Assembly: GCA_965228895.1 (NCBI GenBank)
Contig: OZ245842.1
Coordinates: 1,952,001-2,016,000, forward strand
Direction: 5' to 3'
DNA length: 64,000 nucleotides
Origin: Alphaproteobacteria bacterium
GTDB taxonomy: Bacteria > Pseudomonadota > Alphaproteobacteria > SP197
Below are positions 1 through 23,468 of this stretch, piece after piece. The first letter of the stretch is position 1; each line of letters begins with the position of its first letter. The notes beneath the pieces are model-generated. The model was not told the DNA's origin, ran no database searches, and worked only from the letters and a program-made list of their open reading frames with translations. The position numbers and the translations under genes are program-made.

Positions 1-2
1 CC

Positions 3-485
3 GAGATGGTTGTTGTGACACGCCACGAAGGTCTCACGGTGGCTGAAGCGACGGAACTGAGGCGTGCCATGCGCGCGTCCGGCACGTCGTTCCGGGTCAC
101 CAAGAACCGGCTGGCACTGCGTGCGCTTGGCGGTACGCCCTTTGAAGGCTTGAGCAAGCTCTTCACGGGACCGACCGCCGTCGCCTGTTCCGACGACCCG
201 GTTGCAGCGGCCAAGGCGGCCGTCGATTTTGCCAAGAAGAACGAGAAGCTGATCGTTCTTGGCGGCCAGATGGGCGAACGCGAGCTTGATGCATCCGAGG
301 TCGAACAGTTGGCCAAGCTGCCGTCGCTCGATGAGCTTCGCGGCACGATTGTCGGGCTTTTGCAGGCCCCCGCGACCAAGATCGCGATGGTTCTGCAGGC
401 ACCGGCCGGTCAACTGGCGCGGGTTTTTGGGGCTTATGGCCAGACGGACGGCGATACCGCCGCCGATGCCGAAGCCGGTTCCTGA
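3..485 (+). CDS. rplJ: 50S ribosomal protein L10 (5' truncated by window edge)
   Basis: FRVTKNRLA, LFTGPTA and LPSLDELRG motifs; directly upstream of rplL; frame is open to the window start. Confidence 0.96.
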   Translation, partial: EMVVVTRHEGLTVAEATELRRAMRASGTSFRVTKNRLALRALGGTPFEGLSKLFTGPTAVACSDDPVAAAKAAVDFAKKNEKLIVLGGQMGERELDASEVEQLAKLPSLDELRGTIVGLLQAPATKIAMVLQAPAGQLARVFGAYGQTDGDTAADAEAGS

Positions 486-527
486 ACCCGTAGTCGCAAA
501 CAGATTTGATTTTGTAGGAGAAGACCC

Positions 528-905
528 ATGGCTGATCTGGAAAAACTGGCTGATGACCTGTCGTCGCTGACGGTGTTGGAAGCCGCCGAGTTGAGCAAGA
601 TGCTCGAAGAGAAGTGGGGCGTCAGCGCCGCGGCGCCGGTCGCCGTTGCCGCAGCCCCCGGTGCCGCCGCTCCTGGCGAGGCTGCCGAAGAGAAGACCGA
701 GTTTGACGTTGTCTTGGCCAGCTTTGGCGAGAAGAAGATCAACGTCATTAAGGAAGTCCGTGCGATCACGGGACTTGGCCTGAAAGAAGCCAAGGACCTG
801 GTCGAAGGCGCGCCCAAGCCGGTCAAGGAAGGCGTGGCGAAGGAAGAGGCCGAAGAGATCAAGAAACAGCTCGAAGAAGCTGGCGCGACGGTCGAGGTCA
901 AATAA
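528..905 (+). CDS. rplL: 50S ribosomal protein L7/L12
   Basis: [32 protein letters not shown]; AGGAG RBS. Confidence 0.99.
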   Translation: MADLEKLADDLSSLTVLEAAELSKMLEEKWGVSAAAPVAVAAAPGAAAPGEAAEEKTEFDVVLASFGEKKINVIKEVRAITGLGLKEAKDLVEGAPKPVKEGVAKEEAEEIKKQLEEAGATVEVK

Positions 906-1113
906 GACCGGTGACTGGCCCAGTCTCCCGTTCCGGAGAGACATCGCGGCCCGTTGCCTGTCGCCGTACAGGACGCGGCCGCTGATGCGCCCCGGTGCAG
1001 CGATGCACCAGGGGGTATCGGCGCGCCGCGCCTGCGGCGTCTGAACAGGTGGTGATCTGCATGGCCGTTGTGGCCAAGCGGAATGTTGAAGAATAACGAA
1101 GGTGCATAAAGAC

Positions 1114-9472
<8,359 letters not shown>

Positions 9473-9486
9473 TCGAGGGGACTTGG

Positions 9487-9513
9487 CGAGGGTCGGCGAT
9501 AAGCCGGCCCTCG
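9487..9513 (+). terminator. GC-rich hairpin after rpoC, probable terminator
   Basis: CGAGGGTCGGC-GATAA-GCCGGCCCTCG; the T-rich tract is about 17 nt downstream rather than adjacent. Confidence 0.5.
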
Positions 9514-9550
9514 ACCCCCGAAAATCCGCTCTTTTTCTTGGGTTTTCGTG

Positions 9551-9579
9551 TTGACCTGCTATAGGCGCGTGACTATATT
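9551..9579 (+). promoter_or_regulatory. sigma70-type promoter of the str operon
   Basis: TTGACC-17 bp-TATATT upstream of rpsL. Confidence 0.75.
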
Positions 9580-9734
9580 CCGCGCTCTCGCGGTGCCGGG
9601 GATTCGGTAACGTCGACCTAACCGCGAGCAGAACAAGCATACGCGATAATGTCAGGCCTCGGGCGAAACGCCGTCTGAGCGGTTCGGGGCCGATGTTTTC
9701 GCGTGTTTATTGGTAGAAGGATGAGGTTCGGTCC

Positions 9735-10106
9735 ATGCCGACGGTGAATCAACTGGTTCGCAAGCCGCGTAAGCCGCGGCGCGCACGCAACAAGGTCCCC
9801 GCTTTGGAGGCCTGTCCGCAGAAGCGGGGCGTGTGCACGCGTGTCTATACGACAACCCCGAAGAAGCCGAATTCGGCCCTTCGTAAGGTCGCGCGCGTCC
9901 GGTTGACCAACGGTTTTGAGGTTTCGAGCTATATCCCGGGTGAAGGGCATAACCTTCAGGAGCATTCCGTGGTCTTGATCCGCGGCGGCCGCGTGAAGGA
10001 CCTTCCGGGCGTGCGCTACCATATCGTGCGCGGCACCCTGGACACCCAGGGCGTATCGAACCGCCGTCAGGGCCGTTCGAAATACGGCGCCAAGCGACCG
10101 AAATAA
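9735..10106 (+). CDS. rpsL: 30S ribosomal protein S12
   Basis: [25 protein letters not shown]. Confidence 0.99.
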   Translation: MPTVNQLVRKPRKPRRARNKVPALEACPQKRGVCTRVYTTTPKKPNSALRKVARVRLTNGFEVSSYIPGEGHNLQEHSVVLIRGGRVKDLPGVRYHIVRGTLDTQGVSNRRQGRSKYGAKRPK

Positions 10107-10589
<483 letters not shown>

Positions 10590-10653
10590 CGGCTGAACAC
10601 CTCCCGCGCTGCTGGTAACCCGGGGCCAGCGGGCCCCAAGGACGAGCAAGACG

Positions 10654-12729
<2,076 letters not shown>

Positions 12730-12774
12730 GCTCCTTACTTATTGGATAAGCTTTAGCCGAACGGAACGAGAGAT

Positions 12775-13965
<1,191 letters not shown>

Positions 13966-13996
13966 GCCGGAAGCGGATAAGCAGGAGTAAAGGTAA

Positions 13997-14305
<309 letters not shown>

Positions 14306-14321
14306 GTTAGGGACCGGAACT

Positions 14322-15155
14322 ATGCGTACCGGAATGATCGCACGTAAGCTGGGCATGAGCCGCGTCTTCACAGACGACGGCCGTCATGTGCCGGTGACCG
14401 TGCTGCAAATCGAAGACAACCAGGTGGTTGGCCAGCGTACGGCCGAAAGTCACGGCTACACCGCATTGCAAGTGGGTGCGACCCCGGCCAAGGTGAAGCA
14501 TCTCACGAAGTCGGTGCGCGGCCAGTTCGCCAAGGCGGGTATCGAGCCGAAGCGTCGGCTGGTCGAGTTCCGCGTGACCGAAGATGCCCTGGTGCCGGTC
14601 GGCGCCAAGCTCGCAGCGACCCACTTTGTCCCAGGCCAGACGGTTGACGTGACGGGCACGTCGAAGGGCAAGGGTTTTGCTGGTGTCATGAAGCGCCACA
14701 ACTTCGGCGGCATGCGCGCCAGCCATGGTGTCTCGGTGTCGCATCGCGCCCATGGTTCGACCGGTAACAGTCAAGATCCCGGTCGCGTCTTCAAAGGCAA
14801 GAAGATGGCGGGCCACATGGGCGACACGAAGGTGACGACCCAGAACCTGGAAGTTGTCGAGACCGATGCCGATCAGGGGTTGATCCTGGTCCGTGGCGCG
14901 GTCCCTGGCGCCAAGAACAGCTATGTCCTGGTCTATGACGCGGTCAAGGGCACGTTGCCAGACGACGTGCCGTTCCCGGCAGGTCTGATCGAAGACGGTG
15001 CGAGCGCGGCCGACGAAGCGCCTGCTGAGGCGGCTGAGGACGCCGCGCCCGAGGCCAGCGAGCCGGAAGCCAGTGATGATGCGGGTGCCGACGATAGCGC
15101 CGCCGACGAAGCGGCGGATGCTGGCGACGGCGACGATGGTCAAAAGGAAACGTAA
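14322..15155 (+). CDS. rplC: 50S ribosomal protein L3 with acidic C-terminal tail
   Basis: [28 protein letters not shown]; ATG at 14322. Confidence 0.98.
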   Translation: MRTGMIARKLGMSRVFTDDGRHVPVTVLQIEDNQVVGQRTAESHGYTALQVGATPAKVKHLTKSVRGQFAKAGIEPKRRLVEFRVTEDALVPVGAKLAATHFVPGQTVDVTGTSKGKGFAGVMKRHNFGGMRASHGVSVSHRAHGSTGNSQDPGRVFKGKKMAGHMGDTKVTTQNLEVVETDADQGLILVRGAVPGAKNSYVLVYDAVKGTLPDDVPFPAGLIEDGASAADEAPAEAAEDAAPEASEPEASDDAGADDSAADEAADAGDGDDGQKET

Positions 15156-15158
15156 GCC

Positions 15159-15779
15159 ATGAAGGCCGACATCGTAACGTTCGATAACAAGAAGCAGGGC
15201 TCGGTCGAGCTTGCTGATGCCGTCTTCGGTTTGCCGGAGCGCGCCGATATCCTGGCACGCGTGGTGAACTGGCAGCTCGCCAAGCGGCGGGCTGGCACGC
15301 ACAGCACGAAGTCGACCGGCGAGGTCATGGGTTCAACAGCCAAGATCTTTCGCCAGAAGGGCACCGGCCGGGCACGCCATGGCAGCCGTAAGACAAACAT
15401 CTTCCGCGGTGGCGCGGTCGGCCACGGTCCGGTGCCGCACAGCCATGCCTATAAGCTGCCGAAGAAGGTCCGTGCACTCGGTCTGAAGACCGCACTGTCG
15501 GTCAAGCAGGCTGAAGGCAAGCTGATTGTTGTCGAGAGCGGGAAGCTTTCCAGCCCGAAGACAAGGGATTTCGTCAAGCAGCTTGGCGACATGGGTGTGT
15601 CTTCGGCTTTGATCGTCGACGGTAGCGATCTCGACGACAATCTCTGCATGGCGGTGGCGAATATCCCGGGCATCGACGTGGTGCCCAGTATCGGCGCCAA
15701 CGTTTACGACATCATGCGGCGCGATACGCTGGTCCTGACCAAGGACGCGGTCGAGGCCCTGCAAGCGAGGCTGTCATGA
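15159..15779 (+). CDS. rplD: 50S ribosomal protein L4
   Basis: RQKGTGRARHG motif; synteny. Confidence 0.98.
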   Translation: MKADIVTFDNKKQGSVELADAVFGLPERADILARVVNWQLAKRRAGTHSTKSTGEVMGSTAKIFRQKGTGRARHGSRKTNIFRGGAVGHGPVPHSHAYKLPKKVRALGLKTALSVKQAEGKLIVVESGKLSSPKTRDFVKQLGDMGVSSALIVDGSDLDDNLCMAVANIPGIDVVPSIGANVYDIMRRDTLVLTKDAVEALQARLS

Positions 15780-16069
15780 GTTTGGAAAAGCACTACGACA
15801 TCATTCGCGGGCCGATCGTGACCGAGAAGTCGACCCAAGGCAGCATGTACAACCAGGTGACATTCCGGGTCGATGTGCGTGCCTCGAAGCCTGAGATCAA
15901 GAAGGCGGTCGAAGCGTTGTTCAAGGTCGAGGTCGCCAAGGTCAACACGCTGAATCAGGCGGGCAAGACGAAGCGCTTTCGCGGTCGCCTGGGCCAGCGC
16001 AATGCGATCAAAAAAGCGATCGTGACCCTGAAAGAAGGTCACACGATCGACGTGACGTCGGGAGTTTAG
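15776..16069 (+). CDS. rplW: 50S ribosomal protein L23
   Basis: [26 protein letters not shown]. Confidence 0.98.
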   Translation: MSLEKHYDIIRGPIVTEKSTQGSMYNQVTFRVDVRASKPEIKKAVEALFKVEVAKVNTLNQAGKTKRFRGRLGQRNAIKKAIVTLKEGHTIDVTSGV

Positions 16070-16070
16070 G

Positions 16071-16907
16071 ATGGCGCTGAAGGTCTATAAGCCCAACACG
16101 CCTGGTCAACGCGGCCTGGTTCAGGTCGATCGCCGGCAGCTCCACAAGGGCAAGCCGGTGAAGGAACTGACCGAGGGGCTGACGAAGTCGGGCGGGCGCA
16201 ACGCCAACGGCCGTATCACGACGCGTCATCGTGGTGGCGGTCATAAGCGGCGCTATCGTCTGATCGACTTCAAGCGTAAGAAGTTCGATGTCGGCGCCAC
16301 CGTCGAGCGGCTGGAGTACGATCCCAACCGGTCGTCGTTCATCGCGCTCTTGAAGTACGAAGACGGTGAGCAGGCTTACATCATTGCGCCCCAGCGGCTG
16401 AACCCGGGCGACCGGGTGATCGCCGGTGACCGGGTTGATATCAAGCCCGGTAACGCGATGCCGCTGCAGAACATTCCGGTCGGCACGATCGTCCACAATG
16501 TGGAGATGCGTGCCGGGGCCGGTGGCAAGTTGGCGCGTTCGGCCGGCACCTATGTGCAGTTGATCGGCAAGGACCAGGGTTACGCGCAGCTTCGCCTGAC
16601 ATCGGGCGAGATGCGCATGGTGCGTGGCGAGTGCATGGCGACCATTGGTGCCGTGTCGAACCCGGACCACCAGAACATCAAGCTTGGCAAGGCCGGTCGC
16701 AGCCGGTGGAAAGGCAAGCGCCCGACGGTTCGCGGCGTCGCCATGAACCCGGTCGACCATCCCCATGGTGGTGGCGAGGGCCGCACCAGCGGTGGCCGTC
16801 ATCCGGTGTCGCCGTGGGGCAAGCCGACCAAGGGTGCGAGGACCCGTCATGCCAAGAAGCGCAGCGACTCGCTGATCATCGCGCGGCGCAAGCGCAAGAA
16901 GAAGTAG
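16071..16907 (+). CDS. rplB: 50S ribosomal protein L2
   Basis: [24 protein letters not shown]. Confidence 0.99.
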   Translation: MALKVYKPNTPGQRGLVQVDRRQLHKGKPVKELTEGLTKSGGRNANGRITTRHRGGGHKRRYRLIDFKRKKFDVGATVERLEYDPNRSSFIALLKYEDGEQAYIIAPQRLNPGDRVIAGDRVDIKPGNAMPLQNIPVGTIVHNVEMRAGAGGKLARSAGTYVQLIGKDQGYAQLRLTSGEMRMVRGECMATIGAVSNPDHQNIKLGKAGRSRWKGKRPTVRGVAMNPVDHPHGGGEGRTSGGRHPVSPWGKPTKGARTRHAKKRSDSLIIARRKRKKK

Positions 16908-16918
16908 GAGGTAACGAC

Positions 16919-17197
16919 GTGGCACGTTCAGTTTGGAAGGGTCCCTTTGTCGACGGCTATCTGTTGAAGAAAGCCGAGACGGTGAGGGAGTCCGGGCGCA
17001 AGGAGGTCATCAAGACCTGGTCGCGCCGCTCGACCATCATGCCGCAGTTCGTCGGCCTGACATTCGGTGTCTATAACGGCCAGAAGCACCTGCCGGTGCT
17101 GGTGACCGAGAACATGGTCGGCCACAAGTTCGGTGAGTTTTCGCCGACCCGCGTGTTCCACGGCCATGCTGCCGATAAGAAGGCGAAGAGGGCCTGA
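16919..17197 (+). CDS. rpsS: 30S ribosomal protein S19
   Basis: GTG start after AGGAGG; [24 protein letters not shown]. Confidence 0.98.
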   Translation: MARSVWKGPFVDGYLLKKAETVRESGRKEVIKTWSRRSTIMPQFVGLTFGVYNGQKHLPVLVTENMVGHKFGEFSPTRVFHGHAADKKAKRA

Positions 17198-17199
17198 TC

Positions 17200-17580
17200 A
17201 TGAGCAAACGTACGGCACCGCGCCGCCAGGCTGACAACGAGGCACGCGCCATGGCGCGCTCGCTTCCGATCAGCCCGCAGAAGCTGAACCTGGTCGCCCA
17301 GTCGATCCGGGGCAAGCCGGTGAGCAAGGCGTTGGCCGATCTGTCGTTTTCGCACCGGCGCATCGCCGTCGACGTGAAGAAGGCGTTGCAGTCGGCCATC
17401 GCGAACGCGGAGAACAATCACGGCCTGGACGTCGACCGCCTGGTGGTGGCCGATGCCTCGGTCGGTCCGAGCTTGAAGATGCGGCGTTTCCGACCCGCTG
17501 GTCGCGGCCGGGTGCATCCCTATCGCAAGCTGTTCAGCAATATCGAGATCATCGTCCGCGAAGCGGAAGAGGACTACTGA
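17200..17580 (+). CDS. rplV: 50S ribosomal protein L22
   Basis: [18 protein letters not shown]; synteny. Confidence 0.98.
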   Translation: MSKRTAPRRQADNEARAMARSLPISPQKLNLVAQSIRGKPVSKALADLSFSHRRIAVDVKKALQSAIANAENNHGLDVDRLVVADASVGPSLKMRRFRPAGRGRVHPYRKLFSNIEIIVREAEEDY

Positions 17581-18269
17581 TGGGTCACAAGGTTAATCCG
17601 GTCGGGCTTCGCCTCGGCATCAACCGCACCTGGGATTCGCGCTGGTACGCCGAAGGTGATGAATACGCACGGTTGCTGCACGAAGATCTGAAGATCCGCG
17701 ACTATATTCAGGGCCGCTTGAAGCAGGCCGGCATCAGCAAGATCGTGATTGAGCGCCCGGCCAACAAGGCACGCATCACCATTCACACGGCCCGTCCGGG
17801 TGTGGTGATCGGCAAGCGCGGCGCCGATATCGAGAAGCTGAAGACCGATCTGCAGCGCATGACCCACGGTGAAGTCGCGGTCAACATCGTCGAGATCCGC
17901 AAGCCGGAAATCGATGCCCAGTTGGTCGCCGAGAACGTCGCCCAGCAGCTTGAGCGTCGCATCTCGTTCCGGCGCGCCATGAAGCGTGCCGTTCAGTCGG
18001 CCATGCGCTTGGGCGCCCAGGGTATCCGGATCAATGTCGGCGGCCGCTTGGGCGGCGCCGAGATCGCCCGTGTCGAGTGGTATCGCGAAGGCCGTGTGCC
18101 GCTTCACACGTTGCGCGCCGATATCGATTTTGGGCGGGTCACCGCCAACACGGCCTATGGCAGCATCGGCATCAAGGTCTGGGTCTTCAAGGGCGAGATC
18201 CTGGGTCACGATCCGCTGGCGCAGGAAAAGCGCGCTCTGGAAGTCCAGGGCGGCCAGGCCCGTATGTGA
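17580..18269 (+). CDS. rpsC: 30S ribosomal protein S3
   Basis: [26 protein letters not shown]. Confidence 0.99.
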   Translation: MGHKVNPVGLRLGINRTWDSRWYAEGDEYARLLHEDLKIRDYIQGRLKQAGISKIVIERPANKARITIHTARPGVVIGKRGADIEKLKTDLQRMTHGEVAVNIVEIRKPEIDAQLVAENVAQQLERRISFRRAMKRAVQSAMRLGAQGIRINVGGRLGGAEIARVEWYREGRVPLHTLRADIDFGRVTANTAYGSIGIKVWVFKGEILGHDPLAQEKRALEVQGGQARM

Positions 18270-18283
18270 TCGGAGCAGGTTAG

Positions 18284-18694
18284 ATGTTAAGTCCGAAACG
18301 CACCAAGTACCGCAAGGCGCATAAGGGCCGTATCCACGGCAACGCCAAGGGCTATACGTCCCTGAACTTTGGTGCCTATGGCATGAAGGCGCAGGCGCCT
18401 GGCCGTATTACCGCGCGCCAGATCGAAGCGGCGCGTCGCGCCATTACGCGCTACATGAAGCGTGCGGGCCGCGTCTGGGTCACCGTCTTCCCGGATGTTC
18501 CGGTGTCCAGCAAGCCGGCCGAAGTGCGCATGGGTAAGGGCAAGGGTTCGCCCGAGTTCTGGATGGCGCGCGTCAAGCCGGGCCGGATCATGTTCGAACT
18601 GGACGGCGTCAGCGAGGATGTTGCCCGCGAAGCCATCCGCCTGGGTGCGGCCAAGCTGCCGATCCCGGTCAAATTCATTCAGCGCCTGCACTGA
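18284..18694 (+). CDS. rplP: 50S ribosomal protein L16
   Basis: [18 protein letters not shown]. Confidence 0.99.
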   Translation: MLSPKRTKYRKAHKGRIHGNAKGYTSLNFGAYGMKAQAPGRITARQIEAARRAITRYMKRAGRVWVTVFPDVPVSSKPAEVRMGKGKGSPEFWMARVKPGRIMFELDGVSEDVAREAIRLGAAKLPIPVKFIQRLH

Positions 18695-18705
18695 GGGAGG
18701 TTGTC

Positions 18706-18903
18706 ATGAAAGCTGCCGATGTGCGCGCCCAGTCGCCTGATGAACTGAAAGACGAGCTCCTGACGCTGAAGAAGGAGCAGTTCAACCTGCGCTTTCAGCA
18801 GGCGACAGGCCAGCTTGAGAACACCGCCCGCGCGCGCCAGGTCCGGCGCGACATCGCCCGTATCAAAACCGTCCTGGCCGAACACGCCAGGGCCGGTTCG
18901 TAA
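18706..18903 (+). CDS. rpmC: 50S ribosomal protein L29
   Basis: [24 protein letters not shown]. Confidence 0.98.
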   Translation: MKAADVRAQSPDELKDELLTLKKEQFNLRFQQATGQLENTARARQVRRDIARIKTVLAEHARAGS

Positions 18904-18919
18904 GAGGAGAGAGAACGAG

Positions 18920-19156
18920 ATGCCCCGTCGCGTGATGCAAGGCGTGGTGACCAGCAAGTCCGGCGACAAGACCGTTGTGGTCAATGTCGAGCGCCGGGTT
19001 TTGCACCCGCTCTATAAGAAGATTATTCGCCGGTCGAAACGCTACCACGCGCACGACGAACAGAACGCCTATAAGCCGGGCGATAGCGTGCGCATCGAGG
19101 AATGCCGGCCGATGTCGAAGTTGAAGCGCTGGACCGTCGTTTCCGACGGCGCCTGA
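18920..19156 (+). CDS. rpsQ: 30S ribosomal protein S17
   Basis: ATG at 18920; [30 protein letters not shown]. Confidence 0.98.
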   Translation: MPRRVMQGVVTSKSGDKTVVVNVERRVLHPLYKKIIRRSKRYHAHDEQNAYKPGDSVRIEECRPMSKLKRWTVVSDGA

Positions 19157-19184
19157 GCACGCGTAGTAAGTTGAGGACACGCCG

Positions 19185-19553
19185 ATGATCCAACAAGAAA
19201 CCAACCTGATGGTGGCCGACAATTCCGGTGCCAAACGCGTGCAGTGCATCAAGGTGCTGGGCGGCTCAAAGCGCAAGACGGCAACAATCGGCGACGTCAT
19301 CATCGTGTCCGTGAAGCAGGCCGACCCCGGTCGTACGGTGAAGAAGGGTGAAGTCGTGCGCGCCGTGATCGTGCGCACCGCCAAGGAGATCCGGCGGGCC
19401 GATGGCAGCGCCATTCGCTTCGACCGCAACGCCGCGGTGCTGATCAACAAGCAGAATGAGCCGATCGGTACGCGTATCTTCGGCCCGGTGACCCGTGAGC
19501 TGCGGTCGAAGAACTTCATGAAGATCATTTCGCTGGCGCCGGAGGTGCTTTAG
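19185..19553 (+). CDS. rplN: 50S ribosomal protein L14
   Basis: [24 protein letters not shown]. Confidence 0.99.
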   Translation: MIQQETNLMVADNSGAKRVQCIKVLGGSKRKTATIGDVIIVSVKQADPGRTVKKGEVVRAVIVRTAKEIRRADGSAIRFDRNAAVLINKQNEPIGTRIFGPVTRELRSKNFMKIISLAPEVL

Positions 19554-19877
19554 GTGGCAACGAAGCAGAGAATCAAAAAAGGCGACAAGGTCATCGTCCT
19601 GGCCGGCCGTGATCGCGGCCGTGAAGGCGAAGTCCTGAAGATGTTCCCGGACGAGGACCGCGCCATCGTGAATGGCGTCAACATGGTGCGCCGGCACACG
19701 CGGCCGTCGCCTCAGGACCCCGGCGGCATAGTCGATAAGGAACTGCCGATCCATGTCTCCAACCTCGCGGTTGCCGATCCCAAGGACGGCAAGGCGACGC
19801 GGGTCGGCTTTAAGCGGCTTGAAGACGGCAGAAAGGTGCGCGTGGCGCGCCGCTCTGGCGAAGTCATTGATACGTAA
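19554..19877 (+). CDS. rplX: 50S ribosomal protein L24
   Basis: KOW motif [12 protein letters not shown]; PIHVSNL; GTG start. Confidence 0.98.
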   Translation: MATKQRIKKGDKVIVLAGRDRGREGEVLKMFPDEDRAIVNGVNMVRRHTRPSPQDPGGIVDKELPIHVSNLAVADPKDGKATRVGFKRLEDGRKVRVARRSGEVIDT

Positions 19878-19891
19878 GAAGGATTTTTGAG

Positions 19892-20446
19892 ATGGCCTCC
19901 GTAAGGCTTCATCAGCACTACAACGACACGATCCTGCCCGCGCTGGTCGAAAAGTTCTCGTACAAGAACACGATGCAGGCGCCGAAGCTGGAGAAGATCG
20001 TGGTCAACATGGGCGTCGGTGACGGTGTCACGGATTCCAAGACCGTCGACAAGGCGGCCGAGGATCTGACCCAGATCGCCGGTCAGCGTGCCGTGGTGAC
20101 GCGGGCCAAGAAGTCGGTCGCAACGTTCAAGCTGCGCGAAGGCATGCCGGTCGGCTGCAAGGTCACCTTGCGTGGCGAACGCATGTACGAGTTCTTGGAT
20201 CGCCTGATCACGATCGCGCTGCCGCGTGTGCGTGACTTCCGTGGCGTCAGCCCGAAGAGTTTCGATGGCCGCGGCAACTACGCCATGGGCCTGAAGGAAC
20301 AGATCGTGTTTCCGGAGATCAACTACGACCAGGTCGACAAGATCCGTGGTCTCGACATCATCATTTGCACGACGGCGCAAAGCGACGAGGAAGCCTATGA
20401 GCTGCTCGACGGTTTTCAGATGCCGTTCGTCAAACCTGAAGCCTGA
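19892..20446 (+). CDS. rplE: 50S ribosomal protein L5
   Basis: [16 protein letters not shown]. Confidence 0.99.
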   Translation: MASVRLHQHYNDTILPALVEKFSYKNTMQAPKLEKIVVNMGVGDGVTDSKTVDKAAEDLTQIAGQRAVVTRAKKSVATFKLREGMPVGCKVTLRGERMYEFLDRLITIALPRVRDFRGVSPKSFDGRGNYAMGLKEQIVFPEINYDQVDKIRGLDIIICTTAQSDEEAYELLDGFQMPFVKPEA

Positions 20447-20462
20447 GGGTTAGGAAGAAGCT

Positions 20463-20768
20463 ATGGCCAAAAAGAGTGCCATCGAAAAGAACAAGCGTCG
20501 CCAGCGGCTGGTCAAGCGCTATGCCGCCAAGCGGGCCCGGTTGCTGGCAATCGCCAACAACCGCGAACTGCCGATGGAAGAGCGTTTCCAGGCGCGCCTG
20601 GCGCTGGCGCAGATGCCGCGCAACGCCTCGCCGGTCAGGGTCAAGAACCGCTGCGGCGTCACCGGACGTCCGCGCGGCTATCACCGCAAGCTCAACATGT
20701 CGCGTATCGCGCTGAGGGAACTTGCCTCTGAAGGCAAGATCCCCGGCATGGTCAAGTCGAGCTGGTAA
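20463..20768 (+). CDS. rpsN: 30S ribosomal protein S14 (long, non-zinc form)
   Basis: [20 protein letters not shown]; 101 aa. Confidence 0.98.
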   Translation: MAKKSAIEKNKRRQRLVKRYAAKRARLLAIANNRELPMEERFQARLALAQMPRNASPVRVKNRCGVTGRPRGYHRKLNMSRIALRELASEGKIPGMVKSSW

Positions 20769-20780
20769 GGAGGGCACGCG

Positions 20781-21179
20781 ATGTCTATGACAGATCCGCT
20801 CGGCGATATGCTGACACGCATTCGCAACGGTCACTTGAGGCGCAAGGCGGCGGTGAACTGCCCGGCGTCGAAGCTGAAGGAGAACGTGCTTGAGGTGCTC
20901 AAGCGCGAGGGCTACATCCGTGACTTCCGCAAGGAAGAGACCGAGCCGAAGAAACCGCAGCTGGTCATCGAGCTGAAGTATTACGAAGGCGAGCCGGTGA
21001 TTCGTGAAATCGGCCGGATTTCGACGCCTGGCCGACGTGTTTACTCCGGCGCCCGCAACATGCCGCGTGTTTATGGCGGTCTTGGCGTTGCCATCGTGTC
21101 GACACCGCGCGGTGTCATGACCGATCACGAGGCGCGCGCGACAAATGTGGGCGGCGAAGTGCTTTGCCGCGTCTTTTGA
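20781..21179 (+). CDS. rpsH: 30S ribosomal protein S8
   Basis: [19 protein letters not shown]. Confidence 0.99.
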   Translation: MSMTDPLGDMLTRIRNGHLRRKAAVNCPASKLKENVLEVLKREGYIRDFRKEETEPKKPQLVIELKYYEGEPVIREIGRISTPGRRVYSGARNMPRVYGGLGVAIVSTPRGVMTDHEARATNVGGEVLCRVF

Positions 21180-21213
21180 TCGCGGCCAAAGAGGACTAGA
21201 CGAGGAATAGACG

Positions 21214-21747
21214 ATGTCACGAGTTGGCAAGAACCCGATCACCATTCCCGACGGCGTCACGGTTGACGTGGCCGCCGACGCGATCACGGTGAAAGGCAAG
21301 AAGGGCGAACTGAGCCGACAGTTGCTGGCCGACGTGTCGGTTGCCGTTGAGGACAACAAGGTCGTCATTAAGCCGATGTCGGAATCGAAGTTCGCGCGCT
21401 CTTTATGGGGCACCATGCGCAGCAACATCGAGGCCATGATCACCGGCGTCTCCGATGGTTATTCGCGAGAGCTGGAGATCCAGGGCGTCGGTTACCGCGC
21501 GCAGATTCAGGGCAAGACCCTGCGCCTGCAGCTTGGTTTCAGCCACGATGTCGAGTTTCCGATTCCCGACGGCGTGACCATCGAGTGCCCGAGCCAGGTG
21601 CAGGTCGTCGTGTCGGGTGCCGATAAACAGCAGGTTGGCCAGGTCGCGTCCAACATTCGCGGCTATCGTCCGCCGGAGCCCTACAAGGGCAAGGGCGTGC
21701 GCTACAAGGGCGAGTACGTGCTCCGCAAGGAAGGCAAGAAGAAGTAG
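21214..21747 (+). CDS. rplF: 50S ribosomal protein L6
   Basis: [17 protein letters not shown]. Confidence 0.99.
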   Translation: MSRVGKNPITIPDGVTVDVAADAITVKGKKGELSRQLLADVSVAVEDNKVVIKPMSESKFARSLWGTMRSNIEAMITGVSDGYSRELEIQGVGYRAQIQGKTLRLQLGFSHDVEFPIPDGVTIECPSQVQVVVSGADKQQVGQVASNIRGYRPPEPYKGKGVRYKGEYVLRKEGKKK

Positions 21748-21755
21748 GTGATGAG

Positions 21756-22118
21756 ATGAAATCGGCGAACCATCTATTCCAGCGGCGGCGGAGCCGCGTT
21801 CGTGCGCGTCTGCGCCGTGAATCGACCGGGAAACCGCGTCTGTCGGTCAACCGCTCGGGCATGCACATCTATGTGCAGGTGATCGACGATCTGGCCGGTC
21901 ATACGCTGGCCTCCGCGTCGAGCCTGGAAAAAGACGTGCGCGCCCAGGGTAAGTCCGGCGCCAACATCGAAGCGGCGGCGGCGGTTGGCAAGCTGATCGC
22001 CGAACGCGCGACGGCGGCCGGTGTCACCGACGTCGTGTTCGATCGCGGCGGTTATCGTTATCACGGCCGGGTCAAGGCCCTGGCCGACGCCGCCCGTGAG
22101 GGCGGCCTCAAGTTTTAG
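21756..22118 (+). CDS. rplR: 50S ribosomal protein L18
   Basis: [25 protein letters not shown]. Confidence 0.99.
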   Translation: MKSANHLFQRRRSRVRARLRRESTGKPRLSVNRSGMHIYVQVIDDLAGHTLASASSLEKDVRAQGKSGANIEAAAAVGKLIAERATAAGVTDVVFDRGGYRYHGRVKALADAAREGGLKF

Positions 22119-22136
22119 GCGAAGGGTAGGATAGAG

Positions 22137-22721
22137 ATGGCAATGGCAGGTCGAGATCGCGGCGGACAGCGCGGCGGCCAACGTGGCCAGCGCGGTGGTG
22201 ACCGCGATGCGGAAGCCAACGAGTTTCTAGAGAAGCTCGTCAGCATCAACCGTGTTGCAAAGGTGGTGAAAGGCGGCCGTCGTTTCGGCTTCGCCGCGAT
22301 CGTTGTCGTCGGCGACCAGAAAGGCCGTGTTGGCCATGGCGCCGGCAAGGCACGTGAAGTGCCCGAGGCAATCCGTAAGGCAACCGAGCAGGCCAAACGC
22401 AACATGGTCCGTGTGCCGCTGCGCGAAGGCCGCACCCTGCACCATGATGTGAAGGGCCGTTTCGGTGCGGGCAAGGTGATCCTGCGTTCGGCGCCTCCAG
22501 GCACCGGCATCATCGCCGGCGGACCCATGCGCGCGGTGTTCGAGGCCTTGGGTGCCCAGGACGTCGTCTGCAAGTCGACCGGCAGCGGCAACCCGCATAA
22601 CGTGATCAAGGCGACGTTCGATGCGTTGGGCCGCACACTTGCGCCCCGTGCCGTCGCCTCCAAGCGCAACAAAAAAGTGAACGAGGTGTTGGGTCGCAAC
22701 ACCGAGTACGCGGAGGCCTAA
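22137..22721 (+). CDS. rpsE: 30S ribosomal protein S5
   Basis: [22 protein letters not shown]; start could be 22143. Confidence 0.98.
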   Translation: MAMAGRDRGGQRGGQRGQRGGDRDAEANEFLEKLVSINRVAKVVKGGRRFGFAAIVVVGDQKGRVGHGAGKAREVPEAIRKATEQAKRNMVRVPLREGRTLHHDVKGRFGAGKVILRSAPPGTGIIAGGPMRAVFEALGAQDVVCKSTGSGNPHNVIKATFDALGRTLAPRAVASKRNKKVNEVLGRNTEYAEA

Positions 22722-22724
22722 GTC

Positions 22725-22922
22725 ATGGCGAAAGCCAGCTCAGGAAAAAAAGTGCGGGTGACCCAGATTGGCAGCCCGATTGGCCGGCCCAAGGACCAGC
22801 GTCAAACGTTGGTCGGGTTGGGGCTGAACAAGCTGCACCGTTCACGCGAGCTTGAGGATACGCCCGCCGTGCGCGGCATGATCGACAAGGTGTCTCATTT
22901 GGTGCGTTGCGAAGACGTCTGA
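22725..22922 (+). CDS. rpmD: 50S ribosomal protein L30
   Basis: SPIGR...TLVGLGL...DTPAVRGMI. Confidence 0.98.
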   Translation: MAKASSGKKVRVTQIGSPIGRPKDQRQTLVGLGLNKLHRSRELEDTPAVRGMIDKVSHLVRCEDV

Positions 22923-22951
22923 CGCACCCGATATTAGAGAGCAATAAAGTC

Positions 22952-23446
22952 ATGAAACTCAACGATATCCGCGATAACGCCGGCGCCACCCATGCCCGCA
23001 AGCGCAAGGGCCGTGGTATCGGTTCGGGCCTGGGTAAAACGGCCGGGCGGGGCCATAAGGGCCAGAAATCACGCAGCGGCGTGGCACTTGCCACGTTCGA
23101 GGGCGGTCAGATGCCGATCTATCGTCGTCTGCCGCGGCGCGGTTTCCATAACCCGTCGGCAAAGTCCTATGCGGAGGTCAACCTGGACCGCCTGCAGCAG
23201 GCGATTGACGACAAGAAGCTCGACGCCGGAAAGCCGATCGACGCCGATGCCCTGAAGGCAGCCGGTTTGATCCGTCGAGAACTTGATGGCGTGCGTGTCC
23301 TGGCCCGCGGCGCGTTGACGGCGAAGGTTGAGCTCCACGTTTCTGGCGCCAGCAAGAACGCCGTCGCGGCGATCGAGAAGGCCGGTGGTTCGGTGACGTT
23401 GAAAACGCCGCCGGCGGCCAAAACCGAGGAGAAGCCGGCCAAGTGA
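22952..23446 (+). CDS. rplO: 50S ribosomal protein L15
   Basis: [26 protein letters not shown]; ATG at 22952. Confidence 0.98.
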   Translation: MKLNDIRDNAGATHARKRKGRGIGSGLGKTAGRGHKGQKSRSGVALATFEGGQMPIYRRLPRRGFHNPSAKSYAEVNLDRLQQAIDDKKLDAGKPIDADALKAAGLIRRELDGVRVLARGALTAKVELHVSGASKNAVAAIEKAGGSVTLKTPPAAKTEEKPAK

Positions 23447-23468
23447 ACGGCCGGTAAGGGAGCCCTGA

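Noticed and set aside
9735-10106. Possible streptomycin-resistance changes in S12
   Set aside because: PKKPNS and RVKDLPG are intact.
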